A DNA stretch of 64,000 nucleotides from Alphaproteobacteria bacterium (GTDB taxonomy: Bacteria > Pseudomonadota > Alphaproteobacteria > UBA7887), in NCBI GenBank assembly GCA_030739735.1, contig JASLYQ010000015.1, positions 5,733-69,732 on the forward strand, in the 5' to 3' direction. The position numbers and the translations under genes were made by a program. Below, piece after piece: positions 9,386-19,352 of the stretch. Below the pieces are notes generated by a model that saw only the letters and a program-made list of their open reading frames with translations, did no database searches and was not told where the DNA came from. The stretch's first letter is position 1; the number at the start of each line of letters is the position of its first letter.

Positions 9386-11341
9386 TTAAGCTACCAACCT
9401 TGCCAGTTCGCCCACTATGGCACCGAGGTCGTAGTCTTTTGGGGTGAAAACGCGGGCGATGCCCGCGGTACGCAGCGCTTTTGCATCGTCGGGCGGAACA
9501 ATGCCACCGATCACCACTTGCACGTCATCGACACCGGCTTCGCTCAGACCTTCGAGCAGCGCTGTCGCCAGCGCGCTATGACCACCGGTGAGTACCGAGA
9601 GCCCTATCAGATCTACATCCTCTTCGAGCGCGGTTTTGACGATCTCGGCCGGTGTGCGACGGATGCCTTCGTAGATCACTTCGAAGCCGCAATCGCGGGC
9701 ACGTAGGGCAATTTGCTCGGCACCGTTAGAATGGCCGTCCAGGCCGGGCTTAGCCACCAGCAGGCGTGGCGGGCGGCCAAGACGCTTTGTTGCCGCAGCG
9801 ACCGTCCGCCGTGCGGCCTCACTGTTGGTTGACGCCACGCGCTCGGCTCCGACGCCCGTGGGCGCGCGGTATTCGCCAAAGACCCGGCGTAGGGTATCAG
9901 CCCACTCACCGGTCGTCACGCCGGCCAAGGCGCAGGCAATCGAGGGCTTCATGACATTGCGGCCTTGCCGTACCACGCTTTCCAACTCGGCGAGCGCCGC
10001 CTGCGCCGCCCCATCATCGCGGGCCTCCCGCCAGGCCTTCAGGCGTGCAACCTGCTGCGCCTCGGCTTGCGGGTCAATCTCCTGGGTAGCGCCAGCCCCG
10101 GCGAGTGGACTTTTTGCACTTTCAGCATAGGCGTTGACGCCGACTACGGTCTGAGCACCGGACTCGATAGCCGCAAGCCGACGCGCGTTCGAGGCCACGA
10201 GAGCGGCTTTCATCGTGCCGGATTCGACTGCACCCGCGACATCGCCAAGCGCTGCCATCTCCTCACGCGCCTCAACCATCAGAGCTTTGGTATTCGCCTC
10301 GACCACGCTGGAGCCAGCGAAGATATCGGCATGCTCCAGGATATCGGTTTCATAGGCAACGATCTGTTGCGCTCGCAGACTCCATTGCTGATCCCAGGGA
10401 CGCGGCAGGCCCAGTGCCTCATTCCAGGCCGGCAGCTGCACGGCACGGGCGCGAGCATCCTTCGACAGCACTACGGCCAGCATCTCGATAAGAATGCGGT
10501 AGACGTTATTCTCAGGTTGCTGCTCGGTAAGTCCCAGCGAGTTAACCTGCACACCATAGCGAAAGCGCCTGAGCTTAGGGTCTTCTATGCCGTAGCGCTC
10601 GCGGCAGATCTCATCCCACAGGCGCGTGAAGGCGCGTAGCTTGGAAATCTCCGTCACCAAACGCAAGCCGGCATTGACGAAAAAACTGACGCGCCCGACA
10701 AGCGTAGCAAAACGCTCTTCCGGTATATCGGTCCGGGCATGTACCGTGTCGAGCACGGCGGTGGCATTGGCAAGCGCAAAAGCAAGTTCCTGCACCGGTG
10801 TCGCACCGGCTTCCTTCAAATGGTAGGAGCAGATATTGATCGGGTTCCAACGTGGCATCTCGGCTCCGGTGAAGGCGATGATGTCTGTGGCGAGTCTGAG
10901 GCTCGGTTCGGGCGGAAAAATATAGGTGCCACGCGAAAGATATTCCTTAACGATATCGTTTTGCACCGTGCCGGCTAGCGCAGTCCGGTCCGCGCCCTGG
11001 CGGTCGGCAAGCGCCACGTATAGCGCCAGTAGCCACGGAGCGGTGGCATTGATGGTCATCGAGGTGTTCATGCGCTCGAGCGGCAGGCCGTCGAGCAATC
11101 GCTCCATGTCGCCAAGATGCGAGACCGGCACGCCAACCTTACCGACTTCTCCCGCCGCCAGCGCGTGGTCCGGATCGTGACCGGTCTGGGTTGGCAGGTC
11201 GAAGGCAATCGACAATCCGGTCTGACCGCGCGCCAGATTGTCGCAAAATAGGCGGTTTGAGACCTCAGGCGTCGAGTGCCCAGCATAGGTGCGCATTACC
11301 CAGGGGCTATCGCGCGTCGGTGTGGGAGGACTCTCTGTCAT
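9386..11341 (-). CDS. ecm: ethylmalonyl-CoA mutase (B12-dependent acyl-CoA mutase, fused catalytic + B12-binding domains)
   Basis: 651 aa. The N-terminus (DSPWVMRTYAGHSTPEVSNRLF...GQTGLSIAFDLPTQTGHDPDH) and the C-terminal B12 domain (LLVAKPGLDGHSNGAEQIAL...DLIGLSVLTGGH) match the Ecm/MeaA type. It lies divergent to ccr. Confidence 0.8.
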   Translation of the reverse strand: MTESPPTPTRDSPWVMRTYAGHSTPEVSNRLFCDNLARGQTGLSIAFDLPTQTGHDPDHALAAGEVGKVGVPVSHLGDMERLLDGLPLERMNTSMTINATAPWLLALYVALADRQGADRTALAGTVQNDIVKEYLSRGTYIFPPEPSLRLATDIIAFTGAEMPRWNPINICSYHLKEAGATPVQELAFALANATAVLDTVHARTDIPEERFATLVGRVSFFVNAGLRLVTEISKLRAFTRLWDEICRERYGIEDPKLRRFRYGVQVNSLGLTEQQPENNVYRILIEMLAVVLSKDARARAVQLPAWNEALGLPRPWDQQWSLRAQQIVAYETDILEHADIFAGSSVVEANTKALMVEAREEMAALGDVAGAVESGTMKAALVASNARRLAAIESGAQTVVGVNAYAESAKSPLAGAGATQEIDPQAEAQQVARLKAWREARDDGAAQAALAELESVVRQGRNVMKPSIACALAGVTTGEWADTLRRVFGEYRAPTGVGAERVASTNSEAARRTVAAATKRLGRPPRLLVAKPGLDGHSNGAEQIALRARDCGFEVIYEGIRRTPAEIVKTALEEDVDLIGLSVLTGGHSALATALLEGLSEAGVDDVQVVIGGIVPPDDAKALRTAGIARVFTPKDYDLGAIVGELARLVA

Positions 11342-11447
11342 GGCAGCCCTTTATTCAGTGAGTTGGGATTGTGCGCTGCGATAAAGAGAAAGCACAACAG
11401 AAAACATCATACTTGACAGGATTATCTTGCCTGCTCAGAGTGTCCTA

Positions 11448-11472
11448 TTGCGTTGCACATTGTGCGATGCAA
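11448..11472. promoter_or_regulatory. imperfect palindrome in ecm/ccr divergent promoter (candidate regulator binding site)
   Basis: TTGCGTTGCACA | TTGTGCGATGCAA matches its reverse complement at 10 of 12 positions. It sits about 35 nt upstream of the preferred ccr start. Confidence 0.3.
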
Positions 11473-11506
11473 TATGACTTTGACCATGGCTATAGGGAGT
11501 GGATCC

Positions 11507-12790
11507 ATGGGAGAGCCTGCGCTTAACATCGAGGCCGTACCGGAGGCACCACGAAAATCGCTGTTTGAGATCGGCGAGATTCCGCCGCTCGGCCACGTGC
11601 CCGAAAAGATGCATGCCTGGACGATCCGCCGCGAGCGCCACGGCGAGCCCGAAGCTGCCATGGTCGACGAGGTGGTCCCCGTGCCCGAGATCGACAGCCA
11701 CGAAGTGTTGGTCATGGTGATGGCCGCAGGGGTCAACTACAACGGCGTCTGGGCCGCGCTCGGTGTGCCGGTCTCTGTTTTCGACGTGCATGGCGCTGAC
11801 TACCATGTGGCCGGCTCCGATGCCTCAGGTATCGTCTGGGCCGTGGGTTCCAAGGTCACGCGCTGGAAGGTTGGCGACGAGGTCGTGATCCACTGCAATC
11901 AGGACGACGGCGACGACGAGGAGTGCAACGGCGGCGACCCCATGTTCAGCCCCAGCCAGCGTATCTGGGGTTACGAGACACCGGACGGCTCCTTCGCCCA
12001 GTTCACCCGCGTGCAGGCGCAGCAGCTCATGCCGCGACCCAAACACCTGACCTGGGAAGAGGCGGGCTGCTACGTGCTAACGCTGGCCACAGCCTATCGC
12101 ATGCTGTTCGGTCATCGCCCGCATATCCTGCGCCCGGGCCACAACGTGCTGGTCTGGGGTGCGGCCGGCGGCTTAGGCTCGATGGCGATCCAGCTCATCG
12201 CCACAGCCGGCGCAAACGCCATCGCCATCATTTCGGACGAGGACAAGCGCGATTTTGTCACCCAGCTCGGCGCCCGCGGCGTCATCAACCGCAAGGACTT
12301 CGACTGCTGGGGCCAGCTACCCGACGTTGGCAACGCCAAGGCCTATGGCGACTATGCCAAGCGCGTACGTGCCTTCGGTAAGGCCATCTGGGGCATCACC
12401 GGTAAAGGCAACGATGTCGATTTCGTCTTTGAGCATCCCGGCGAGCAAACCTTTCCGGTCTCCTGCTTCGTGGTCAAGCGCGGCGGCATGGTGGTCTTCT
12501 GCGCCGGCACCACCGGTTACAACCTGACCTTCGACGCGCGCTTCGTCTGGATGCGACAAAAGCGCATTCAGGGCAGCCACTTCGCCAACCTAAAGCAGGC
12601 GGCTCAGGCCAATCGCTTAATGGTAGACCGGCGCATCGACCCCTGCATGTCGGAGGTTTTCTCCTGGCACGACATCCCGCGGGCGCACGCCAAGATGCAC
12701 GCCAACCAGCATCTGCCTGGCAACATGGCGGTTCTCGTGCAGGCCAAGCGTCCCGGTATGCGCACCCTGGAAGAGACACAGGATCTCTAG
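11507..12790 (+). CDS. ccr: crotonyl-CoA carboxylase/reductase
   Basis: Near-colinear match to known Ccr along the whole length (EIGEIPPLGHVPEKMHAWTIRRERHG...VIHCNQDDGDDEECNGGDPMFSPSQRIWGYETPDGSFAQF...GNMAVLV). The start was chosen at the ATG with an AGGGAG RBS; alternatives are 11453 and 11474. Confidence 0.85.
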   Translation: MGEPALNIEAVPEAPRKSLFEIGEIPPLGHVPEKMHAWTIRRERHGEPEAAMVDEVVPVPEIDSHEVLVMVMAAGVNYNGVWAALGVPVSVFDVHGADYHVAGSDASGIVWAVGSKVTRWKVGDEVVIHCNQDDGDDEECNGGDPMFSPSQRIWGYETPDGSFAQFTRVQAQQLMPRPKHLTWEEAGCYVLTLATAYRMLFGHRPHILRPGHNVLVWGAAGGLGSMAIQLIATAGANAIAIISDEDKRDFVTQLGARGVINRKDFDCWGQLPDVGNAKAYGDYAKRVRAFGKAIWGITGKGNDVDFVFEHPGEQTFPVSCFVVKRGGMVVFCAGTTGYNLTFDARFVWMRQKRIQGSHFANLKQAAQANRLMVDRRIDPCMSEVFSWHDIPRAHAKMHANQHLPGNMAVLVQAKRPGMRTLEETQDL

Positions 12791-14407
12791 ATGTTGCTCG
12801 ACGACCTCCAGGCTACGTGCCGGACGGCGCTCGACGGAGCCGAGGCGCTGTTGACGGAAGCGCAGCATGCTGTCTCAACTCGCGTGGAAGCAACAAATAT
12901 CAATAGCGAACAATTCGCTGTGCATGGACTATCCTGGTATGCAACCTATGTCGAAGCCTTGAGACAAATGCTGGGCTGGGCTGAGAGACTGAAAAAGACG
13001 AGTCGCTTTGGCGCCTTGGAACAACTGACGTTGCAGGCTACCTTTGGCGAATATCTCTCGCAGCTGGCGGGTGGTATCGCCATGAGCCAGGTCGAGACGG
13101 TACGGCCCAGCGACCTCGGCATCAAAGCGGACACCCTGGAGACCGCCGAGATTGCGTTACTGCGGCGCAGGGGAAACACGGCCGCCGTGCGTCAGGCCAT
13201 CGCCGATGCCATCGGCGGCGGCAACTTCGCCGATGCGGCGCTTGACAACGAGACCCTGGTGCTCGTCGAGGATCAGTTTCGCCGCTTCTCTGACGAGCGC
13301 ATCGCACCTCACGCGCAGAACTGGCACCGCGAGGATGTGTTGATTCCCGACGCAGTCATCGCCGAGATGGCCGAGCTCGGCGTCTTCGGCCTCACGGCAC
13401 CCGAAGATTGGGGCGGTGCCGGGCTTGGCAAGGTGGCGATGTGTGTGGTCACCGAGGAACTCTGCCGCGGCTCGCTCGGCGTCGGCTCGCTGGCAACGCG
13501 CTCAGAAATTGCTGTCGAGCTCATTCTCGCCCATGGTACAGAAGCGCAGAAGCAGCGCTGGCTGCGCCCCATCATCTCGGGCGACGTGCTGCCGACCGCC
13601 GTCTTCACCGAGCCCGACACGGGCTCTGACCTCGGCAACCTCAAGACCCGCGCCAGCCGCGACGGCGAGGACTGGCAGATTACCGGCGCCAAGACCTGGA
13701 CCACCCATGGCGCCCGCGCCGACCTGATGACCCTGCTGGCGCGGACTGACGCCGAGCGGCCAGGTTACAAAGGTCTCTCGATGTTCTTGGCGCCGAAGCC
13801 ACGCGGCACTAATGCAGAGCCTTTTCCGGCTAATGGCATGAGCGGTGGCGAGATTCGCGTGCTCGGCTATCGCGGCATGAAAGAATACGAGATCGCCTTT
13901 GACAACTTCGCCGTGCCCGGAGACTGCCTGCTCGGCGAAGCGGAGGGGCAGGGCTTTAAGCAGCTCATGGCGACCTTCGAGGCGGCACGCATCCAGACTG
14001 CCGCACGCGCCACCGGCGTCGCCCAAAGTGCGCTCGAGCTTGGGCTCGCTTATGCCAACGACCGCAAGCAGTTCGGCCGCCCCATCTATGCCTTTCCTCG
14101 CGTCTCGGGCAAGCTTGCCTGGATGGCAACGGAAGTGATGATCGCCCGCCAACTGACCTGGTTCGCCGCGCGCGAAAAGGACCTGGGCCACCGCTGCGAT
14201 CTCGAAGCAGGCATGGCCAAGCTGCTAGCCGCCCGCGTCGCCTGGGCGACTGCCGACAACGCGGTGCAGATCCACGGCGGAAATGGCTATGCCGAGGAAT
14301 ATCCGGTCAGCCGCGTACTGGTGGATTCACGCATCCTCAACGTCTTCGAAGGTGCCGCCGAGATCCAGGCCCAGATCATCGGACGACGCTTGCTTGGCGG
14401 GAATTAG
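12791..14407 (+). CDS. mcd: (2S)-methylsuccinyl-CoA dehydrogenase (acyl-CoA dehydrogenase with N-terminal extension)
   Basis: 538 aa. It has an acyl-CoA dehydrogenase core and an N-terminal extension of about 150 aa, as in Mcd. The ATG directly abuts the ccr stop, within the ecm/ccr context. Confidence 0.7.
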   Translation: MLLDDLQATCRTALDGAEALLTEAQHAVSTRVEATNINSEQFAVHGLSWYATYVEALRQMLGWAERLKKTSRFGALEQLTLQATFGEYLSQLAGGIAMSQVETVRPSDLGIKADTLETAEIALLRRRGNTAAVRQAIADAIGGGNFADAALDNETLVLVEDQFRRFSDERIAPHAQNWHREDVLIPDAVIAEMAELGVFGLTAPEDWGGAGLGKVAMCVVTEELCRGSLGVGSLATRSEIAVELILAHGTEAQKQRWLRPIISGDVLPTAVFTEPDTGSDLGNLKTRASRDGEDWQITGAKTWTTHGARADLMTLLARTDAERPGYKGLSMFLAPKPRGTNAEPFPANGMSGGEIRVLGYRGMKEYEIAFDNFAVPGDCLLGEAEGQGFKQLMATFEAARIQTAARATGVAQSALELGLAYANDRKQFGRPIYAFPRVSGKLAWMATEVMIARQLTWFAAREKDLGHRCDLEAGMAKLLAARVAWATADNAVQIHGGNGYAEEYPVSRVLVDSRILNVFEGAAEIQAQIIGRRLLGGN

Positions 14408-14482
14408 AGCGCTTTCAAATCATACGCGATCACTTGAGGGCCGTGTATGGTGGGAAAGTGCTCTAGCCTGTAAAAGAGCATT

Positions 14483-16072
14483 ATGACAGACACATACGAC
14501 TACATCATCGTCGGCGCAGGCTCGGCCGGGGCGGCTCTGGCCTATCGCCTGACAGAGGATCCCAACACGCGCGTCCTCCTGCTTGAAGCGGGCAAAAGCG
14601 TCCATCCACTTTCGCGTCTACCGGTCAGCTTCGGACTGTTCATCGACAAGCCTGGCGTAAACTGGCGCTATTTCTCCGATCCAGAGCCCGGCACCACCAA
14701 CCGGAAGATTCCCGTGCCCCGGGGCAAGATGCTGGGTGGCTCGTCATCAATCAATGGTCTGGTTTATGTCCGCGGCCAGACCCTCGACTACGACACCTGG
14801 GCGCAGATGGGCAACCGCGGTTGGAGCTGGCAGGACATCGCGCCGGTCTTCAAGCGCATGGAAGACTATCCCGACGGCGGCGGCGATACCCGCGGCCGCG
14901 GCGGCCCGCTTGGCCTCTCAGAGGTGCCGGACGAGAACCCGCTCTACGACGCCCTGATGGCGTCAGCCGAGTCGATCGGCATCCGGCGCACCGCCGATTA
15001 CAATGGCCCCGAGCAAGAGGGCGTGGGCAAAACCCAAGCAACCATCCAACGCGGCCGACGCATGAGCACAGCGCACTGCTATCTGCGTCTGGCGGCACGA
15101 CGCGCCAACCTTAACATCGTCACCGAGGCGCTGACCGAGCAGCTGCTACTCGACGGTAAGCGGTGTACCGGCGTCACCTATTCACGTGGTGGCCAACACA
15201 CGGAAGCCAAGGTCACGCGCGAGGTCGTCCTCAGCGCCGGCACCATCGGCTCGCCGCAGATCCTCGAGCTCTCGGGCATCGGCCAGCCCGAGCTGCTGCA
15301 AGCCCACGGCATTGCGGTGCACCACGAATTGCCCGCGGTCGGCGAGTATTTTCGCGACCACATGATGGCGCGGGTCCAGTGGTGCATCGCCAAAGCCGGT
15401 GTCTCCTACAATGAGCGCGTCCGCGGCTTTGGTCTGGTTGTCCAGGCGTTGAAATATGCGGCTAGCGGCAGCGGCTTCCTCAGCCTACCCTCAGCACCGC
15501 TCGTGGCTTTCGTAAAGACGCGGCCCGAGCTAGCCACACCGGACGTGCAGATGCATATCGTCCCCTATGCCGTAAAGAATCCTAAGCGACGTAAGCTGCA
15601 CAGCTTTGCCGGCATGACTATAGCGAGCTATCAGTTGCGTCCAGAAAGCCTTGGCTCAACCCATATCCAGTCGGCAGATCCCGCAATGCAACCGGCGATT
15701 CGCTTCAACTTTCTGGCTGACCCAATCGACCGCGAGACGACAGTCGAGACCGTCAGAATCGCCCGCCGCCTAGTTGCCGCACCACCCATGGCCGCCTTCC
15801 GTGGCGCGGAATACTCGCCCGGCGCAGAAGTCGATACGGATGACGCAATCGAGGCGTGGATCCGCGAGAACTCCGAGACCTCCTACCACCCCATCGGCAG
15901 TTGCCGCATGGGTCCAGACGCGGTTGTCAACGAACGCTTACAGGTACACGGCATGGAAGGCTTGCGCGTGGCCGACGCCTCTATTTTTCCTACCATGCCC
16001 TCGGGCAACACTAACGCGCCCGCCATCATGGTTGGTGAGAAAGCGGCGGACTTGATCCGAGAAACGACTTAG
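14483..16072 (+). CDS. GMC-family FAD oxidoreductase (choline dehydrogenase-like)
   Basis: DYIIVGAGSAGAALAYRL Rossmann motif and a GMC C-terminal signature. Confidence 0.85.
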   Translation: MTDTYDYIIVGAGSAGAALAYRLTEDPNTRVLLLEAGKSVHPLSRLPVSFGLFIDKPGVNWRYFSDPEPGTTNRKIPVPRGKMLGGSSSINGLVYVRGQTLDYDTWAQMGNRGWSWQDIAPVFKRMEDYPDGGGDTRGRGGPLGLSEVPDENPLYDALMASAESIGIRRTADYNGPEQEGVGKTQATIQRGRRMSTAHCYLRLAARRANLNIVTEALTEQLLLDGKRCTGVTYSRGGQHTEAKVTREVVLSAGTIGSPQILELSGIGQPELLQAHGIAVHHELPAVGEYFRDHMMARVQWCIAKAGVSYNERVRGFGLVVQALKYAASGSGFLSLPSAPLVAFVKTRPELATPDVQMHIVPYAVKNPKRRKLHSFAGMTIASYQLRPESLGSTHIQSADPAMQPAIRFNFLADPIDRETTVETVRIARRLVAAPPMAAFRGAEYSPGAEVDTDDAIEAWIRENSETSYHPIGSCRMGPDAVVNERLQVHGMEGLRVADASIFPTMPSGNTNAPAIMVGEKAADLIRETT

Positions 16073-16216
16073 GCCCCAGCCAGCGACCAAGGCGAGAGCG
16101 CTGCTTCGGCGATGGACCAAGACTGGTGCGCGCCAACGCACAGGGCACCGGCCCGCCCGCGCGGCATCAGCGCCCGGGCGGTGGATCACTCGGCCCGGCT
16201 CAGCTATACCGAAGAC

Positions 16217-17017
16217 ATGGACGACTTAGACATTGAACGCATCGCGCGCCAGGTCTTCGCGGCGGGGCGGGATCGTGCCCGCTTCGCGCCCTTGCGCGGC
16301 GACGATGCACCGGCAACCCTGGACGAAGCCTATCCTATCCAGGCGCGGGTCTATGCGCTCTACGAAGCGGCTGCTGACGCCGGACCGCTGGGTGGGCACA
16401 AGATTGCGCTCACATCGAAGGCGGTGCAGGAGCTATGCGGCATCGACACCCCAGCCTATGGCGCCGTCTTTCGTGACGAGGTTCGCGCCGCGCCCGTAAC
16501 TCTGCGCCGCAGCGACTTCGTCCATCTCGGCCTCGAATTCGAAGTGATTGTGACGATGGCGGCAGACGTGCCGTCCGCAAACGCGCCTTACGACCACGAC
16601 AGCATCGCCGATTATATCGAGGCCTGCGCGCCCGCCTTCGAGATCATCGAGGACCGTAACGCGGATTACGGCGATCTCGACGCGGAATCCGTGGTCGCAG
16701 ACCGCTGCTGGTGCTATGGCGCGGTGCATGGACCCTGGGCAACAAATTGGCGAAACCTCAACTTCGCCACCCTACCGGTGAAGCTGTATTGGAACGGCAA
16801 GGTAGTCGATCGAGCCGTGACCGGTGCCTCGATGGGGCACCCCTTTGCCGGACTCGCCTGGGTAGCTAATCATCTTTACACCCGCGGTCGCACCCTGGCC
16901 AAGGGCGAGATCGTGATGACGGGTAGCGCACTCAAGACCCGCTTTCCCGAAGCCGGCGATCACGTCCGCTATGTCATCGAGGGCCTGGGCGAGACTGAGC
17001 TTCGCATCGAAGCCTGA
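16217..17017 (+). CDS. 2-keto-4-pentenoate hydratase / hydratase-decarboxylase family (MhpD/HpcG-like)
   Basis: FAH-fold hydratase family pattern (GHKIALTSKAVQE...). The internal ATG at 16217 is preferred over the longer ORF. Confidence 0.6.
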   Translation: MDDLDIERIARQVFAAGRDRARFAPLRGDDAPATLDEAYPIQARVYALYEAAADAGPLGGHKIALTSKAVQELCGIDTPAYGAVFRDEVRAAPVTLRRSDFVHLGLEFEVIVTMAADVPSANAPYDHDSIADYIEACAPAFEIIEDRNADYGDLDAESVVADRCWCYGAVHGPWATNWRNLNFATLPVKLYWNGKVVDRAVTGASMGHPFAGLAWVANHLYTRGRTLAKGEIVMTGSALKTRFPEAGDHVRYVIEGLGETELRIEA

Positions 17018-17031
17018 GACAGGATTCATCT

Positions 17032-18252
17032 ATGACTTACGACTTCAACGCCTCCCTTCGTCAAGATCTTCCGGTCGCGGCGCGCTGGACCGGATATCCG
17101 ACCTATAACTTCGTCGGCGGGCACAACGATGCCGCGAACATTCCCGCCCAACATCTTGCCGAGGCGGCAGCCCGATCCCTGGCCCGCGACGGCCATATCC
17201 TCGCGACCTACAATATGGGCCATGGCCCCCAGGGCTATCTACCACTGCGCCGGGTCATCGCCACGATGCTACACAAGAGTGCCGGCATGGTATGCGACGC
17301 CAGTGAGATCGTGGTTACTTCTGGCTCCTTGCAGGCTATCGATTTGATAAATGCGGTGATGATTCAGCCGGGCGATACGGTGATCGTGGAGGCCGCGACT
17401 TATGCCGGTGCTCTGTCACGCCTGCGCTTGCACGGTGCCGACTGGGTCGGCGTTGATATCGACGAGGACGGCATGCGTGCCGACCAGCTGAAACAAGTTT
17501 TAGCCACGATGAAGAGCCGCAACGTACGCCCAAAATACATCTACACCATCCCGACGGTGCAGAACCCAACCGGCACGGTGATGAGTGTCGCACGCCGCCA
17601 CGAGATCCTTGACCTCGCTACCAAATACGATGTGCCTATCTTCGAGGACGATTGCTACGCCGATCTGATGTGGGGCGAGCGTCGGCCGCCAGCGATCGGT
17701 GCCCTCGATACGGAGCGCCGCGTGATTTATTGCGGCTCGTTCTCCAAGTCACTGGCACCTGCGTTGCGGCTCGGCTACCTCATCGCCGACTGGTCGCTGT
17801 TGAACCGCGTGCTACCCGCCAAGAAAGACGGCGGCACCGGCGCCATCGACCAGATCGCCGTGGCCGAATACGCGGCTGAGTATTTCGCGAGTCATGTCGC
17901 AGGACTGCGCCAAACGCTCAAGGCCAAGTGCGAGGCGATGGTTGAGGCACTGGAGGTACATTTCGGCGTCGCCGCCGAGTTCGAGGTGCCGCGCGGCGGC
18001 ATCTTCCTCTGGGTAAGGCTGCCGGACGCTGTCGACACCACCAAACTCGCCGAGACCGCCCTTGCCGAGGGGGTCGCGGTCAACCCGGGTGCCGACTGGT
18101 CGGCCGACCCGGAGACGGGCCGCCACAGCATCCGCCTCTGCTTCGGCAACCCTTCTACCGAGACCATCAAGAAAGGCGTCGCCCGCCTCGCCGAGATCTG
18201 CCGCCGCGAAACCGGTATCCCCGAGCGTAGCGCCAACCTGCAGCAGGGCTGA
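17032..18252 (+). CDS. PLP-dependent aminotransferase, class I/II
   Basis: 406 aa with an SFSKSL PLP-lysine motif and the fold-type I pattern. Confidence 0.8.
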   Translation: MTYDFNASLRQDLPVAARWTGYPTYNFVGGHNDAANIPAQHLAEAAARSLARDGHILATYNMGHGPQGYLPLRRVIATMLHKSAGMVCDASEIVVTSGSLQAIDLINAVMIQPGDTVIVEAATYAGALSRLRLHGADWVGVDIDEDGMRADQLKQVLATMKSRNVRPKYIYTIPTVQNPTGTVMSVARRHEILDLATKYDVPIFEDDCYADLMWGERRPPAIGALDTERRVIYCGSFSKSLAPALRLGYLIADWSLLNRVLPAKKDGGTGAIDQIAVAEYAAEYFASHVAGLRQTLKAKCEAMVEALEVHFGVAAEFEVPRGGIFLWVRLPDAVDTTKLAETALAEGVAVNPGADWSADPETGRHSIRLCFGNPSTETIKKGVARLAEICRRETGIPERSANLQQG

Positions 18253-18395
18253 CGGCACTGCCCGCTTGGGATCGATAGTGCGCTCCCCGGCCTTGCTCGC
18301 GTCGGCGAGAAGCTGGCGGCCATTGCTCACCTCGGGGGTTCAGCCATCCTTTTACCCGAACCTATATGGCACCGTACGCGCTCAATTTCCCGAGC

Positions 18396-19352
18396 TCAAT
18401 CCGGCCCACCAACTCGGAGCGCACCCGGTTTGGTTGCTGTCAGAACCGCCGCGACCTCGCCTGCGCTCGGCATGGAATCCGCCGTGCCAGGGCGGGTGAC
18501 AGAGAGGCCAGCGACCACGCAGCCGGTGCGCACTGCATCGACTATCTCAACACCGTTTGCGATCGCTGTGGCGAACGCGCCGCAGAACGCATCGCCCGCA
18601 CCCGTGGCATCGACCACTGCACCGGCCTCGACGGCGGGGACATGCACGAAGTCTTCGCTCGTGCAGAGTGCGGCACCACGCGCGCCAAGCGTGATCACAG
18701 CGGCGCTGACGCCTTGCGCCAAAAAGACCTCGCCCGCACGGCGCGCATCATCGAGGGTCTCGACGGCGATCCCCGTGAGCAACTCCGCCTCGGTCTCGTT
18801 TGGCGTGACGAAGTCACAGAGCGCCAGTATGCCTTTCGACAGGGCCATTGCGGGCGCTGGGTTGAGAATGGTCTGCACCCCTGCCGCGCGCGCAATCTTA
18901 AGCCCCGATGCCGCCGCGGCTAGGGGCTGTTCGAGCTGGGTCATGAAGACCGTCGCCGTCTTGATTGTCGCCGCCTCGGCCTCAACATCCGCCGGCGTGA
19001 TCGTTGCACCGGCGCCGGGGAAGAGCACGATGGCGTTCTCCCCCGACCCCTCCTCAACCAGGATAAAGGCCGCGCCCGTCGCGCCGTCCGCGCGCTCTAC
19101 CACGCGCGCCGTGACCCCCGCGGCTGTCCATGTTTCACGCGCCAACATCGCAAAGGCATCGCGCCCAAGCGTGGAGATCAGCGTCACATCGGCGCCGAGA
19201 CGTGCCGCCGCCACGGCCTGGTTTGAGCCCTTACCACCCGGGCTCTGGGCAAAGCTGTTGCCGATCAACGTCTCGCCCGGTCGCGGCGCGCGATCGGCGC
19301 GGAACGCGGTGTCGGCGACAAAGATACCGAGAATGACGATACGGCCGGACAT
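18396..19352 (-). CDS. rbsK: ribokinase (PfkB family)
   Basis: N-terminal GG motif (SPGGKGSNQAVAAARLG) and C-terminal GAGDAF motif. Confidence 0.8.
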   Translation of the reverse strand: MSGRIVILGIFVADTAFRADRAPRPGETLIGNSFAQSPGGKGSNQAVAAARLGADVTLISTLGRDAFAMLARETWTAAGVTARVVERADGATGAAFILVEEGSGENAIVLFPGAGATITPADVEAEAATIKTATVFMTQLEQPLAAAASGLKIARAAGVQTILNPAPAMALSKGILALCDFVTPNETEAELLTGIAVETLDDARRAGEVFLAQGVSAAVITLGARGAALCTSEDFVHVPAVEAGAVVDATGAGDAFCGAFATAIANGVEIVDAVRTGCVVAGLSVTRPGTADSMPSAGEVAAVLTATKPGALRVGGPD

